From Octopus sinensis (lineage: Eukaryota): 64,000 nucleotides of DNA. The notes beneath the pieces are model-generated. The model made no database searches, was not told the DNA's origin, and saw nothing but the letters and a program-made list of their open reading frames with translations. Positions 25,820 through 38,489 of this stretch are shown one piece after another. The first letter of the stretch is position 1, and each line of letters opens with the position of its first letter. The DNA is taken from the NCBI RefSeq assembly GCF_006345805.1, contig NC_043010.1, forward strand, positions 24,552,001 through 24,616,000, given 5' to 3'. The position numbers and the translations under genes are program-made.

Positions 25820-27080
25820 GTTGCAGAAACACCATGAACTACGTCAATCGATACTTGCACAACCGCAACCACCACTTAATGTCACAACCAACAGCAGCGG
25901 CACCATCAAGGCCTAGACTAGCAGCTAACAAGAGTGGAAACCGCTACCATTAACAATACGCCCCACCCCAGCCCCACCATGATCTGTTAGCCAACATAAG
26001 CTCCAAGATCGCACAACCAACAATACCACCGTCACCACCACCAACATCACCACTACTACCACTACCACCGCCTCTATTCCCATCACCATCACCGCCATCA
26101 CCACCGCCACCACCGCCACCACCGCCACTACCGCCACCGCCGCCACCACCACTACCACTACCGCCATTTCCACTACCACCGCCATCACCACCACCGCCAT
26201 CACCACTACTACCACCATCACCACCACTGCCATCACCACCACCGCCATCACCACCACCACAACCACCACCTCCATCACTACTACTACCACCACAACCACC
26301 ACCGCCATCACCACTACCACCAGCATCACCACCACCAACACAACCACTATCAACACTGTCATTATAACCACCACCACCGTCACCACTGTCACCACCACCA
26401 CTGCCGCCACACCAAAACCACCACCACAACCATCACTACCGTCACCCTCGACAGAGAAGCCGACATTAATAGCACCAACAACCATTTCGAATGCAACCAT
26501 TATCAGAAATACTAACACTCCAGCATCATCATCCTCACCAAATGCCACCACCATCATCATCATCGCCAATGCCACCGCCATGATCAACTACGCTACTGTC
26601 ATCCCCACAATTACCACCCGTGCCAACGCTATCACCACCACCATCAGCAAACGCTACTAACCGCCTCCACCATCATCGCCATCACCAACGCTACTACCAC
26701 CACCACCGTCACCTACACTCTCGACCGCCAACAGTACTAACGCCACCGCCACCGTCCATCCATCATCACCGAAACACGGCCATTTTTAACACCATTGCCA
26801 TCACCAATACCACCACCACTACCACCACCACCACCATTTTCACCATCCATCCACTGAAACGCTATCATTTATTCTACCAATTCCATTGCAATACCATCAA
26901 CAAAATCCACGACACCATTGCCAACAACATCAACGAAAACATCGACAATGCTAACATCACCACCACCACACGAACCACCACCACCATCTGTTCATAGAAA
27001 CATTACCATTAAACATTACCAACACATCTAGCACCATCGGCATCAGCTTTGCCGGAATCACCATCGTCAACACCAGCATC
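25700..27080. repeat. Compound (TAC)n/(CAC/CAT)n low-complexity tract
   Basis: Direct reading. Confidence 0.85.
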
Positions 27081-27399
27081 ATTCCCATGAAGCATCACTA
27101 TGTTGGTATAAAGACTATAATCAGCAACGTGGAGTATGTTGGCGACAAAAGGCAAAGCATTTTGGGAAAACAGATTTATTTCTCTGCATCAATAATGTTG
27201 TTTGTGTGTGTGCGTGTGTGTGCGTGTGTAACCCCAACCATCATTCCCCCCCATACCCAGGCTATTCTGCGCTACAACGTTTCCGACCATCAACAAATTA
27301 GGTGCCTCGGTTTAGTCGAATTTGTTTGGTTGCTTACTTGCTTACTCTTTCTTTGTAGACTGACTGATGTAATGTTCGCTCTTACATTTTTGACACTGA

Positions 27400-27660
27400 A
27401 CTGAACTGGTACTCGGTCGGTTAACACGACGAGTATTCCAGTTTTAATCCGATCAACAGAACAGCCTGCTCGTGAAGTTAACACACAAGTGGCTGAGCAC
27501 TCCACAGACACGCATATCCTTAATACAGTTCAAGGCTAGTCCTTTGAAATACATATACAACTCATTTTTAACAACTGGGTGAACTAGGGCAACGTGAAAT
27601 AAAGTGTCTTGCTCAAGAACACAATGCACCGCCAAGAATCGAACCCATGACCTACAGTCA
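27400..27660 (-). mobile_element. SINE family C
   Basis: Shared gtggctgagcactccacagacac and gcaacgtgaaataaagtgtcttgctcaagaacac segments. Confidence 0.75.
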
Positions 27661-27852
27661 TGATTTTAGCTTGTACTGTGTGTATAGACATGAATAATCT
27701 TTGTATTCTGCTATTTTCTTGCACAGAAAGAGTTACGGGGATGCAAGCGAACCAACGCCGATTGTCAAGCAGTGCTGAGGGCCAAACAAAAGCAAGACAC
27801 ATGCACATAAATATATACATATATAAATGTGTGTGTATGTATGTGTGTGTGT

Positions 27853-27975
27853 GCACGACGGGCTTCTTTCAGTTTCCGTCTACCAAATCCTCTCACGAGA
27901 TACTTACCCAAGGTGCTACACAGCGGAACTGAACCAGTAATAATGTGGTTGGGAAACCATCTTCTTACAACAAAA
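27853..27975 (-). mobile_element. Internally deleted SINE family B (CORE-like)
   Basis: cgacgggcttctttcagtttccgtctaccaaatcc...acccaaggtgctacacagcggaactgaacc. Confidence 0.75.
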
Positions 27976-28185
27976 GTAAGCCTCTTGATTTTGTTTCTTG
28001 GGGAGTTTTAAGGGTATGTGATTAGCTTCCAAGAAGACAGAAGAACCGTCCTAACAGTATTGCTTATTTGAGGGCGATTTGAAAGTATGTGCTGAGAGGG
28101 GAATAGCCCGTGGCTTTGACCTCAATAAGATGCAAGAAAAGTTATTGCTTGCAGAAATAGAAATCAGTCGCCCGAAAGATGTAGA

Positions 28186-28545
28186 CGCGCAGGGGTGGCA
28201 GTGTGGTAAGTAGCTTGCTTCACACCCACATGGTTCCGGGTCCAATCCCCACCTTCTACTACAGCCTCGGGCCGACCAAAGCCTTGTGAGCAGATTTGGT
28301 AGACGGAAACTGAAAGAAACCCGTCGTATATATGTTTGTATGTTTGTGTGTGTGTTTGTCCCCCACCATCGCCTGACAACCGATGCTAGTGTGATTACGT
28401 CCCCGTAACTAAGCGGTTCAGCAAAAGTGACCGATAGAGTAAGTACTAGGCGTACAAAAAATAAGTCCTGGGGGGTCGATTCGTTGGACTAAAGACGGTG
28501 CTCCAGCATGGCTGCAGGCAAATGAGTGAAACAAAAAAAGAATAA
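28186..28545 (+). mobile_element. SINE family B (tRNA head, CORE-like middle, internal microsatellite, 3' tail)
   Basis: gtggcagtgtggtaagtagcttgc head; ggccgaccaaagccttgtgag; tail ggtgctccagcatggc. Confidence 0.8.
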
Positions 28546-29508
28546 AAGAACAACCTTAATCGGTTTTCGGATCTTATTGAACTGTCATCAGAGGCGGCTA
28601 CATCAGTTCGACCAATCCCAGAGAAACATGCAGCCAATCTTTTTATATATTCAACAACTACTGTAGCTACACAAAACTAGAGCTACTAATTTGCAATTCG
28701 CAAGTGTTTACATTTTATTTTTAAGTATCAGGAAACTGCCAACAGGGATCGTAGTCACTCTGTATCAAGGTATGATATAAAGTATGTAACCTATAAAGTG
28801 TATTCATGGATAGGGCTACGCACACGTAACAAAGTACCTCAGTACCTAAGTGCAATCGAAGTTGGGTTTCGCATAACTTGAAAGAAGGCATTCCAGTAGT
28901 AATTACAGCTATAAGCCATTAAAAAAAGATTGTGAGAATGTGCATACACTCACGTAGACATGCAAACATATGAAAGGATAAAAGTAAAGAAGTGGAAACG
29001 GAGTTTGTATTCAAGCAGTGGTACCCATACTTATTCATATGTATTTGTGTGCATAGAAGTATATAGAACTCATTAGATGATTGTGTACATGCATACATGT
29101 GTGCGTGCGTTTTTGAATTCCAGTGGGAGAATTTGGATTCTGGATTAGAAACCGAGCCCCCGACTTTAGTTGGGAAATACGTAAAAATAGAAGCACCTGC
29201 GTACATACACATATTCCATTGTAGATCTATACATATAGACATACATACATGCATGCATACGTGCGTGCATATCCTATAAATGTGCAGACACAGCTATACA
29301 AATACACACACACGCGCACACACGTGTATATGTATGTCCGTATGTATGTATGTATACATGCTTTGTGTTTAAAACTCATTGAGCAAAATCGTGCGCACAA
29401 TAGGTGTGATGTTAAATACATACATACATACATACATACATACATACATACATGCTTGTAAATATATACGTACAGTCATATATATATATACATACACGCC
29501 CATACATG

Positions 29509-29564
<56 letters not shown>

Positions 29565-29843
29565 TATTATATATATATATATATTATATATATGTATATT
29601 TGCTTGTATGTTTATGTGTCTGTGTGTATGCACGTATGCATTATGCGTCCCCCTATATGTGTGTATATGCACGTATGCATGTGTGTGTATGTGCGTATGC
29701 GCGTGTGTGTGTGTGTGTTTGTGTATGTGTGTGTATGTATATATATATATTTATGTAGCTATGTATTTGCGTATCGGTTTGTTATATGCGTGTGTAGGCA
29801 AGTATGCGCTTTGTGTGTGTGTGTGTGTGTGTGGTGTGTGTGT

Positions 29844-29914
<71 letters not shown>

Positions 29915-30394
29915 TGTGTGTGTGTGTGTGTTCCTGTGCTTGTGTATGGCAGAGAAAGACTGCGTTAAAATAAAAATGCCACAATTTGTTCAATGCACGT
30001 AATTTTCTCGTTTATCTCGCTTGTCTCAAGTTAAGATGAGAAAACTTGCAGCAATTACCCCAGCTAGCAACTTATGTTTCAATAAATGTTGCCATCTCGG
30101 AGAAATTTTAACATATATTTCTTATAACTCCGAGGCAGAGGAGTTAAGGGGCGGGGTGGCTGCATGCCGATATATAAAACAATAACATACGTACCCTGGG
30201 ATTTGCTCAGCAGCGGAGTTTGAATTATGAAACACGAACAATGATAACAAGCATGAGAAATTGGTTAGATTGGGTGGAACATCGTCATGTTTTATGGACG
30301 AATGTACATACATATCCATACGTACACACATACATATACACATACACACATACATACACACATACATACATACATTCATACATACATACATACA

Positions 30395-30426
<32 letters not shown>

Positions 30427-30458
30427 CATATATATATATACACACACGCACACATATA

Positions 30459-30576
<118 letters not shown>

Positions 30577-30623
30577 GGGTTGTGTGTATAGATAGAGAGA
30601 TTGATATATATATATATATATTG

Positions 30624-30663
<40 letters not shown>

Positions 30664-30895
30664 TAGTGCAGAAAAGTGAGGAGACCGAGAAATAAAGAGG
30701 GGGCAGTGTGAGGATGTTTGTTGACGGACGTTAGAAGGCATGTACGCTCTATTCATACAGGTACGCATACTCAAATGCATATATATATACATACGGATTG
30801 AAGGATATATAAGCATGCGCATGTATGTATTCATGTATCTGTATGCACACACACACACACACTATACATGTGTGGTGTGTGTGTGTATGAATATG

Positions 30896-30957
<62 letters not shown>

Positions 30958-31161
30958 ATATATATATATTATATACACGTAAATGTATGTATATATATAC
31001 ATGCATATATATACATATGAAATATATATATATATATATATACAGACATACATAATACATTACTATAAATATATATACGAATATAATTTATACAATATAT
31101 ATATATATATATATTATATATATACGTATATATATATAATATATATATATATACGCACACA

Positions 31162-31200
<39 letters not shown>

Positions 31201-31390
31201 ATATTTATGTATGTATACAATGTATTATATATATACGTATATATATGCAAGTGTGTGTCTGTTTATCTGCCTGTGTGCGTGTATGTGTGTGTCAGTGTGA
31301 GTGTGTGTGTGTGTTTACGTGTGTGTGTATAGAGAGAGTGAGGCTAATGAGAGATAGAGACGGGGACAGCGGATCTCTTGCAACATCTAC

Positions 31391-31425
<35 letters not shown>

Positions 31426-31514
31426 CACCCATACATCATACGCATGTTCCAATTATGAGTCTCTGTGAAGGAAGAAGGTGAAGGCTGGAAATCAATCTGA
31501 GGAATGAAACCAAT

Positions 31515-32223
31515 AATTGCTGTTTTTACTGAGATCTCCCTTTTTAGTAGAAGAAATAGCTATAACTCTTTGACTGCTATTTCTAAATTCGGTATGTGGT
31601 AAGGCAATTCGTTGCTAAACCCTTTATTGCTTAGTATTACTTAAATTTTCCTCGAATGAGGCTTTTACATGCTGAAGACTACTTGGTGTAATAGATAATT
31701 ATTCCAAATTAATTAATTTCACCCTTCATTATTACGGATAACCATATTTTATCTCAGTAGATGACCACAGCATCTTGTTTTGGCTACACGCGGGTGGGAA
31801 GGGGCTGGTGACACAATCTTTTCACTCACACTTTGAATTTAGTGATACTAGTTGCGGATTCTAGTCACTCTGATACTGAGTTGAGTTGGTGCCTTCTAGT
31901 ATCTCAAAATTCAAATATAATCATTTATGATTATAGTATTCTACGCTGAAGAGAAAAGAAGTTTTGGTAAGGTAGAATTATTTAATATTTAATTCTTATG
32001 CTTTCCTAAAAACTTGATTTCGAAACGTACGTCCGTAGTAGATAACTTAAAATTGTATGATAGATTGCCGTCAATTCATTCTCTCTACCTGTTCGTGTCT
32101 GCCTTCCAATTGCTGTTTTTACTGAGATCTCCCTTTTTAGTAGAAGAAATAGCTATAACTCTTTGACTGCTATTTCAAATTCGGTATGTGGTAAGGCAAT
32201 TCGTTGCTAAACCCTTTATTGCT

Positions 32224-32225
<2 letters not shown>
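31515..32225 (+). mobile_element. Retrozyme-like / pLTR-like non-coding unit: 593 nt monomer with ~118 bp terminal redundancy
   Basis: 31515-31633 equals 32108-32225 except for one indel; contains a hammerhead; ends at (TA)n. Confidence 0.75.
31941..32038 (+). ncRNA. Type I hammerhead ribozyme, intact fold
   Basis: Stem I CTACG/CGTAG; CTGAAGA 31946-31952; stem II GAAA/TTTC extended by aagtttt/aaaactt and tagaatta/taattctta; GAAA 32022-32025; palindromic ACGTACGT; GUC site at 32033. Confidence 0.9.
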
Positions 32226-32257
<32 letters not shown>

Positions 32258-32284
32258 TATGATATGTATGTATGTATATATATA

Positions 32285-32322
<38 letters not shown>

Positions 32323-32329
32323 TATATAG

Positions 32330-32377
<48 letters not shown>

Positions 32378-32384
32378 AAATGAG

Positions 32385-33025
32385 GGCAAGAAGCAAACAC
32401 TAAGTCATGAGCACAGCTAAGTACCCCAAATACATCCAAAATAGAAATACCAGCCCATTCGAGACACGTGCGATTTGAACTGAGGCTCTCACAGAGTGAG
32501 ATCGTCCGGAAGTGAACGCTTAAATTTATATCTAATGAGGATAAAATTTCTTTCGAAAAAAATATTTTTTCGAAAAAAATTTTATTAATGACCAGCATAT
32601 TAAAAAATACCTTTAACGGTTAAATTTATAAACAATTCATAAATGAGGACAAAGGAAAAAATTTCTAATGCCAAATATGCCGAAAAATTGGACATATTGT
32701 CCATTAACCATATAATTCTTTCACAATACGCACGCTACTCGAAAAAAGGTCGACAGAAATTTCTAAAGAATTCCATTATTACCATATCGGACTGATTTCA
32801 GAGTTAGCTACTAAGAGCCCTCTCTTCGTCAGTGATACATGTGGCAAAAGAAATAAATGAGATACTTACTCATACCCATGGAGGAAGCAAACACTAAGTC
32901 ATGAGCACAGCTAAGTACCCCAAATACATCCAATGAATTTAACCGTTAAAGGTACTTTTTGATATGCTGGCCATTGATAAAATATTTTCGAAAATATTTT
33001 TTTCGAAAGAAATTTTATCCTCATT

Positions 33026-33032
<7 letters not shown>
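32385..33032 (-). mobile_element. Hammerhead-bearing unit: 494 nt period, 50 bp terminal redundancy, ~100 bp inverted piece
   Basis: 32390-32439 = 32884-32933; 32527-32626 inverted at 32936-33032; (TA)n on both sides. Confidence 0.7.
32783..32839 (-). ncRNA. Slightly decayed type I hammerhead
   Basis: Minus strand: gtatca-CTGACGA-AGAG...CTCT-GAAA-TCAG-TC-cgatat; GUC site; first stem I pair mismatched; stem III ATCAGT is two transitions from ACCGGT. Confidence 0.7.
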
Positions 33033-33072
<40 letters not shown>

Positions 33073-33113
33073 TATATATATATATTATATCTATATATAT
33101 ATGCATATGTATA

Positions 33114-33650
33114 CATGGTATCAGGATGTCACCAACAGTAACAACATGAAATATGAAAACAAATGATTGCAGTAAGCAAACAACGAGAGAAACAAATGGT
33201 AAACATGTCAAGTAACATAAAGAACGATCCTTCATCAGTTGTCGGCTCTCTGTCTGCTCCTCATTTCGAGCATTGAACGACAACATGAGTTTTCGAAGAG
33301 AGTTACACTCATAAGTACCAAAATAAAATTTAGGATTTATGGATGGTCAAAGTTGGGAACAAAAAGACGACAATGGAGGCATACAAGGAAACCGAACGAA
33401 AACAAACGCGGAGGGTCGTTAGACCAGAACGAGGGTAAACTAGCGAACGCTGGAGAAATATTTCCTTTGACATGAGAAAAGATAGAAGAGAGAAATAGGA
33501 TACGTCCGATCTTTAGGACAGCGCTGAGAGCAGGGTCGTTCTTTATGCTACTTAACCTATTTTCCATTTGTTTCTCTCCTTGTTTGTGCATTGAACTCAT
33601 TTGTTTTCGTTTTTCATGTTGTTTACTGTTGGTGACGTCCTGTACCCATG
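33114..33650. repeat. Imperfect inverted repeat (~117 bp arms, ~300 bp spacer) between (TA)n tracts
   Basis: 33114-33230 versus 33533-33650; CTGATGA on the minus strand at 33232-33238 abuts the left arm. Confidence 0.8.
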
Positions 33651-33699
33651 CATACATATATATATATATATATTATATATATATATATATATATAGATA

Positions 33700-33755
<56 letters not shown>

Positions 33756-34079
33756 CACACATATATGAATATTCAACTTCAACGGTTTGGCTGAAGTGAT
33801 GGCGACGGAATCTGAAATATCTTCCTATTTTATCAATTCTGAAAAGAAGCTGAGGAATGGGTCAATCGGTAGAGTGCTGGATAAACTGTCTGGTAGTATT
33901 CAGTTCCAGTAGTTTGCCTTTCTGGGTTCAACTCTGTCCGACATCGACTTTTATGTTTCGTCATTTCAATAAAGTGCCGCTGAATTAATGGTATTAATCA
34001 GTACAGTGTTTTGAAAATCTTAATTATGGTATAAATTCCAAGATTTAATATGTCTTTAATATTCTGCTACAGAGGACGG

Positions 34080-35147
34080 TGAAATGGCAGAATCGTTAGC
34101 AGGCCTGGCGAAATACTTAGCGGCATTGTGTCTGTCTTTAGCATTTGAGTTCAAATTCCGTTGAGATCTGCTTTATCTTTTTTTTTTCAGGGTCGATAAC
34201 ATAAGTTTCAGTCGAACAATGGCGTCGATCTAATCAACTTGCTGTCTCCCTCGAACTCGCTGGCTTAGTACCATAATCATTCTGCTACTGTTTCAAATAC
34301 GTTGATACAGTTTTAAGAAATCTGTTAAAGAGAATTAAACAGCAACGATGCTTTGTCCGCATGCAGAATCTGCAAGAGTTAGACTGAGATATTGCGAACT
34401 AATTTCTTTTTCTACTGCTGAATTAAGGCCCTCTTGGGGCTGGAAACACTTCCGTATCTTCAGTATCTATCTGACGGCCATAAGCGTTTCAACCCTTGTC
34501 CTGTTCGCTTCGCCTAAGTAGGACAGCGGGGACTGGTTTAGTCTTCGTCTGCCGGAAGATATCTTCTATTGTCTTTCGTCAACCACTAGAACCTTTAGCT
34601 GATTTCAGCTGCTGTGCTTATCTCCTTGGTTGTAGTGAAACGTTTATCGATTACACCATCCCCAGTATTTCATAGATACTTATCTTTTTTACCACCTCGA
34701 AAGATGAAATGCAAAGTCGACCTCAGCGTGATTTGAACTCAGAACTTAAAGACAGATCAAATACCGCTAAGCATTGTGTTCTGTATGGTAACAACTCTAC
34801 CTGATAGCCACCTTATTCTTTCTAGTGTAGGTACACAGCCTGGGATTTTGGGAGGATGGGGGCAGTCGATTACAGCGACCCCCTGTGCTCAGCTAGCATT
34901 TATTTTATCGACTCCGAAGGGATGAAAGGCAAAGTCGACCTCAGTGGGATTTGGACTCATAACATCAAGAGCCGGAAGATATGCAGCGCGGAATTTTGTA
35001 CGCCGTGGGGTATGCCGTATCCCTATTCAGGCAACGTCGATTAGATTGTCGGAATGAGCTGTTGTACAGTACAGACTTTTGGTCACGATTAACAAATCAT
35101 TTGCGCAGGTTGCTCAGCAAGAAATTGCAGAAACGTCTTTCTCGGAC

Positions 35148-35178
<31 letters not shown>

Positions 35179-35350
35179 TTAGTAGTATTTCGTCTGTCTT
35201 TACGTTCTGAGTTCAAGTTCCGCCGAGATCTACTTTGCCTTTCATCCTTTCGGGGTCGATAAATTAAGTACCAGTTACATACTGGGGTCGATCTAATCGA
35301 CTGAACCCCTCCCCCAATATTTCAATATTTCGGGCATTGTGCCTAGAGTT
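34080..35350. mobile_element. Cluster of four family A SINE copies (+34080, -34665, -34845, +35178)
   Basis: Repeated core gtcgac...tttcatc...ggggtcgataa in both orientations. Confidence 0.75.
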
Positions 35351-35405
<55 letters not shown>

Positions 35406-35581
35406 CCCATTTAACTTAGAGGCAGAGTCTGTCTGATAGGTTTCAGCACAGTCACCGTCTTCCGAATTTTAATCACAACTCGAGGTCATACATGCCACAA
35501 AGCGGAGTGCTCCAGCATGGCTGTAGCTCTCGAACTGAAACTAAAGATTTAAAAAATTTAATGCGCCTACACAGATGTGCG

Positions 35582-35681
35582 NNNNNNNNNNNNNNNNNNN
35601 NNNNNNNNNNNNNNNNNNNNNNNNNNNNNNNNNNNNNNNNNNNNNNNNNNNNNNNNNNNNNNNNNNNNNNNNNNNNNNNNN
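35582..35681. other. Scaffold gap (100 N)
   Basis: Run of N. Confidence 1.
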
Positions 35682-35699
35682 TATTATATATATACACAC

Positions 35700-35870
35700 A
35701 CACGCACATCACCATCATCATCATCATTTAATGTCTGTGGACGGTTTGATAGGAGTTTGCAAGCGGATAGGAGGAGCAGCTGACTCCATTGTCTGTTTTT
35801 ATAGCTGGATGCCCTTCATAACGCCAACCACTTTACAGAGTGTACAGCGGGGGACTCGTGCGACTCATTT
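35700..35870 (-). mobile_element. RTE-type LINE/SINE 3' tail remnant
   Basis: catcatcatcatttaatgtc end and ggatgcccttcataacgccaaccac motif (recalled as RTE-associated). Confidence 0.55.
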
Positions 35871-35974
35871 TCATGTTCCAGGACTCCAACAGTGTATGTA
35901 GATTTTATAATTGCGCGAGGCAACGATAAGAGTTGAAAAAAGCTGGAAATTAGTTTTAAAAGAGTAACTACATA

Positions 35975-36222
35975 TCAAAATAGGAGACTGGAAAATAGTT
36001 TCTGGTAATATGTACTCGCCACAGCACGTGTTTCATTTGCTAATAAAAGTTACAACATTGTACACGCAGTAGAAAACATGTAAGATATCTCCTCTGTCTG
36101 AAGAATTTCTAGTAAGAGATATGTTTCTCCTACATGTACAATTTTGTAAGTCCTGCTAGCAAAGGAAACACGTGTAATGGTGAATAAATGATTTCAAAAA
36201 CATTTTTCCAATCTCTTCTTTT
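35975..36222. repeat. Diverged inverted duplication around a hammerhead
   Basis: gtacaattttgtaagtcctgctagcaaaggaaacacgtg (+, ~36135-36174) matches the reverse complement of ~36025-36065; similarity extends to ...ttttccaatctc. Confidence 0.65.
36094..36180 (+). ncRNA. Decayed type I hammerhead
   Basis: CTGT-CTGAAGA (36098-36104)-a-TTTCTAG...CTAGCAAA-g-GAAA-CACGTG-TA-ATGG; palindromic ACACGTGT; stem I held by wobbles. Confidence 0.6.
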
Positions 36223-36296
36223 CGTATATATATATATATATATACATACATACATACACATGTATATATGTACATACTTACACACACACATACACA

Positions 36297-36343
<47 letters not shown>

Positions 36344-37638
36344 CAAAAAGATAAAAACCAAGAAGATCAAAGTTTCCTTCTGAGCCATGGCTGCATGAGG
36401 CCGGATTCCCAGATTCTGTGACGCATATATGCTCCACTCTTGGAGCGGACACCAGTCTGTCGAGGATTACACATTTCCGCCTGCTGCGTGGACTGAGGCA
36501 ACATGAAATGAGGTGTTTTGCTCAAGGACATAAAGCATCTCCCGGTCCAGGATTCGGAATCACAATCATACGATCAAAAGCGAAACGCCCTAACCATTAA
36601 GCTGTACATTTCCTCACTAAGTAGATATGTGATCTGAGTCTCGACGGTTGCCACATTATGCACGGTACGCTATACAAGCCCATTCAATCGATGTGCTATC
36701 AAACCATGAAACTTAAAGTAGCTCGTAAATAACTCCTGTATTCATTAAATTCTTAACTTTCTTTTTCTTCTTTTTACTCAGAACACTTTTTTCTTTTACT
36801 TTTCTCTCATTCATTCTCGTTCCTTTTTGTTTGCTTTTTCTTAAAGATCAGCGCCTTTTCTGTTTTTTATTTTCTCAAAACCCAGCCATATTGTATATTG
36901 GAGTTTGGAAGATTGCTTCGAAACACATGGTTTATTATACAAGCTTGTCCGATCTACGTGTACTCAAAGCATCACGCTAACAGTAACTTGAATTTAAATC
37001 CTGTATATATAAATATATATGAGTCCGTGTGTGTGTTTGTGTTGGGAGGTGCGTATGTGTGCGCGCACGTGTGCGTGTGTATGCATTTTATAAATGTATA
37101 TATACACATATATATACACATTTTATAAATAAGCATTTTATAAATGTATATATACACATATATGTAAACACACAAAAGGATGTACACACACACGCACACA
37201 CACACATACGCACTCACATACTCAGACGTACACACACACATACACACACATACGCACTCACATACTCAGACGTACACACACACATACACACACACACAAT
37301 ACTCATAAACCCATTTCGGTGGCTACGAACATGAAGGATGTGTAAAGATTTTTATCGTGGAGACACATCTGTTGCCGGTTAGTTAGAACAGTTTAGAAGA
37401 GGATAAAATTACCGGTTCTTATATAATCTAACCAGGAAGGGAAAGAATGTTGAGAGGAACCCATCGGGATTTGATCGCAGAAATATGAGAAGTGGAAATT
37501 AAAGTATTGAAATCTCTATTCCTGTTTCCTGTCTTCTCTTCCTTTTGAATGATACACGCCCATGTGTGTGTTTGTGTATGTGCATGTGTGTATACACATA
37601 AATATATGTATGTACGTATAATATTATATATATATATC

Positions 37639-37674
<36 letters not shown>

Positions 37675-37915
37675 ATATATATATCTACACATATACACAC
37701 TATAAAGAGACAATGGTCAGATACCAAAGTATATGTATTATATATATATTATATATATATTATATATACACACACAACATACATTATATGCATAAATATA
37801 ATATTAATAAATAATGTATGTCTGTGTGTGTGTATATATATATATATATTATATGTATATATATATATACACATATATATATAATATATATATATATACA
37901 CACACACAGACATAC

Positions 37916-37985
<70 letters not shown>

Positions 37986-37991
37986 ATATAT

Positions 37992-38489
37992 AACATTATT
38001 GGTGAATTGAAGAAATGGAGCTGAACGCAGATTGAACAGAAAATCGTTTTATTTCATTCTACACGTGTTTCGAAAGGCACAAATTACCAAAATCCGATTG
38101 AATAATGGGACCATATTGTGTCTTTCTCTTCAGGAAGAAAAAAGGAAATCCGTTGGAAAAACAAAAACAGAACAGAGGCGGAGCAAAAAACAAATCGAAC
38201 TGTGCTCCTAAGAGCCCATGGCGAAACTGTTTATCAGTGTATGTTGAGAACCGGTGGCTGAAGAATTCAACGGGTCAGGCATCGGTCAATCATGTGGGTG
38301 AGGGTGTATAGATGTTCTTTGTGACCGAGAATAAAGTTCTGACTATTTAAGGAGAGAAAGACACAATATGGTCCCATTATTCAATCGGATTTTGGTAATT
38401 TGTGCCTTTCGAAACACGTGTAGAATGAAATAAAACGATTTCTGTTCAATCTGCGTTCAGCTCCATTTCTTCAATTCACCAATAATGTT
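37992..38489. repeat. Near-perfect fold-back: 138/137 bp arms, 223 bp spacer
   Basis: 37992-38129 versus 38353-38489, one indel seen. Confidence 0.95.
38052..38141 (-). ncRNA. Type I hammerhead ribozyme, near-intact
   Basis: Minus strand: TTTTCTTC-CTGAAGA-GAAAG(acacaa)...(ttgtgc)CTTTC-GAAA-CACGTG-TA-GAATGAAA; stem I 7 of 8 paired; palindromic ACACGTGT; GUA site. Confidence 0.85.

Noticed and set aside
25925-26660. Long open Thr-rich (plus) and Val-rich (minus) frames suggesting a mucin exon
   Set aside because: Trinucleotide low-complexity DNA stays open by construction; no splice context or domain seen
28553-28595. Minus-strand CTGATGA...GAAAACCGATTA with a 4 bp stem I
   Set aside because: Stem II cannot form; expected by chance at this stringency
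31495-31518. CTGAGGA-AT-GAAA-CCAA-TA with a 4 bp stem I
   Set aside because: No stem II and non-palindromic stem III
34490-34560. Minus-strand CAGACGA...GAAACGCTTA structured region
   Set aside because: Core mutated and stems inconsistent
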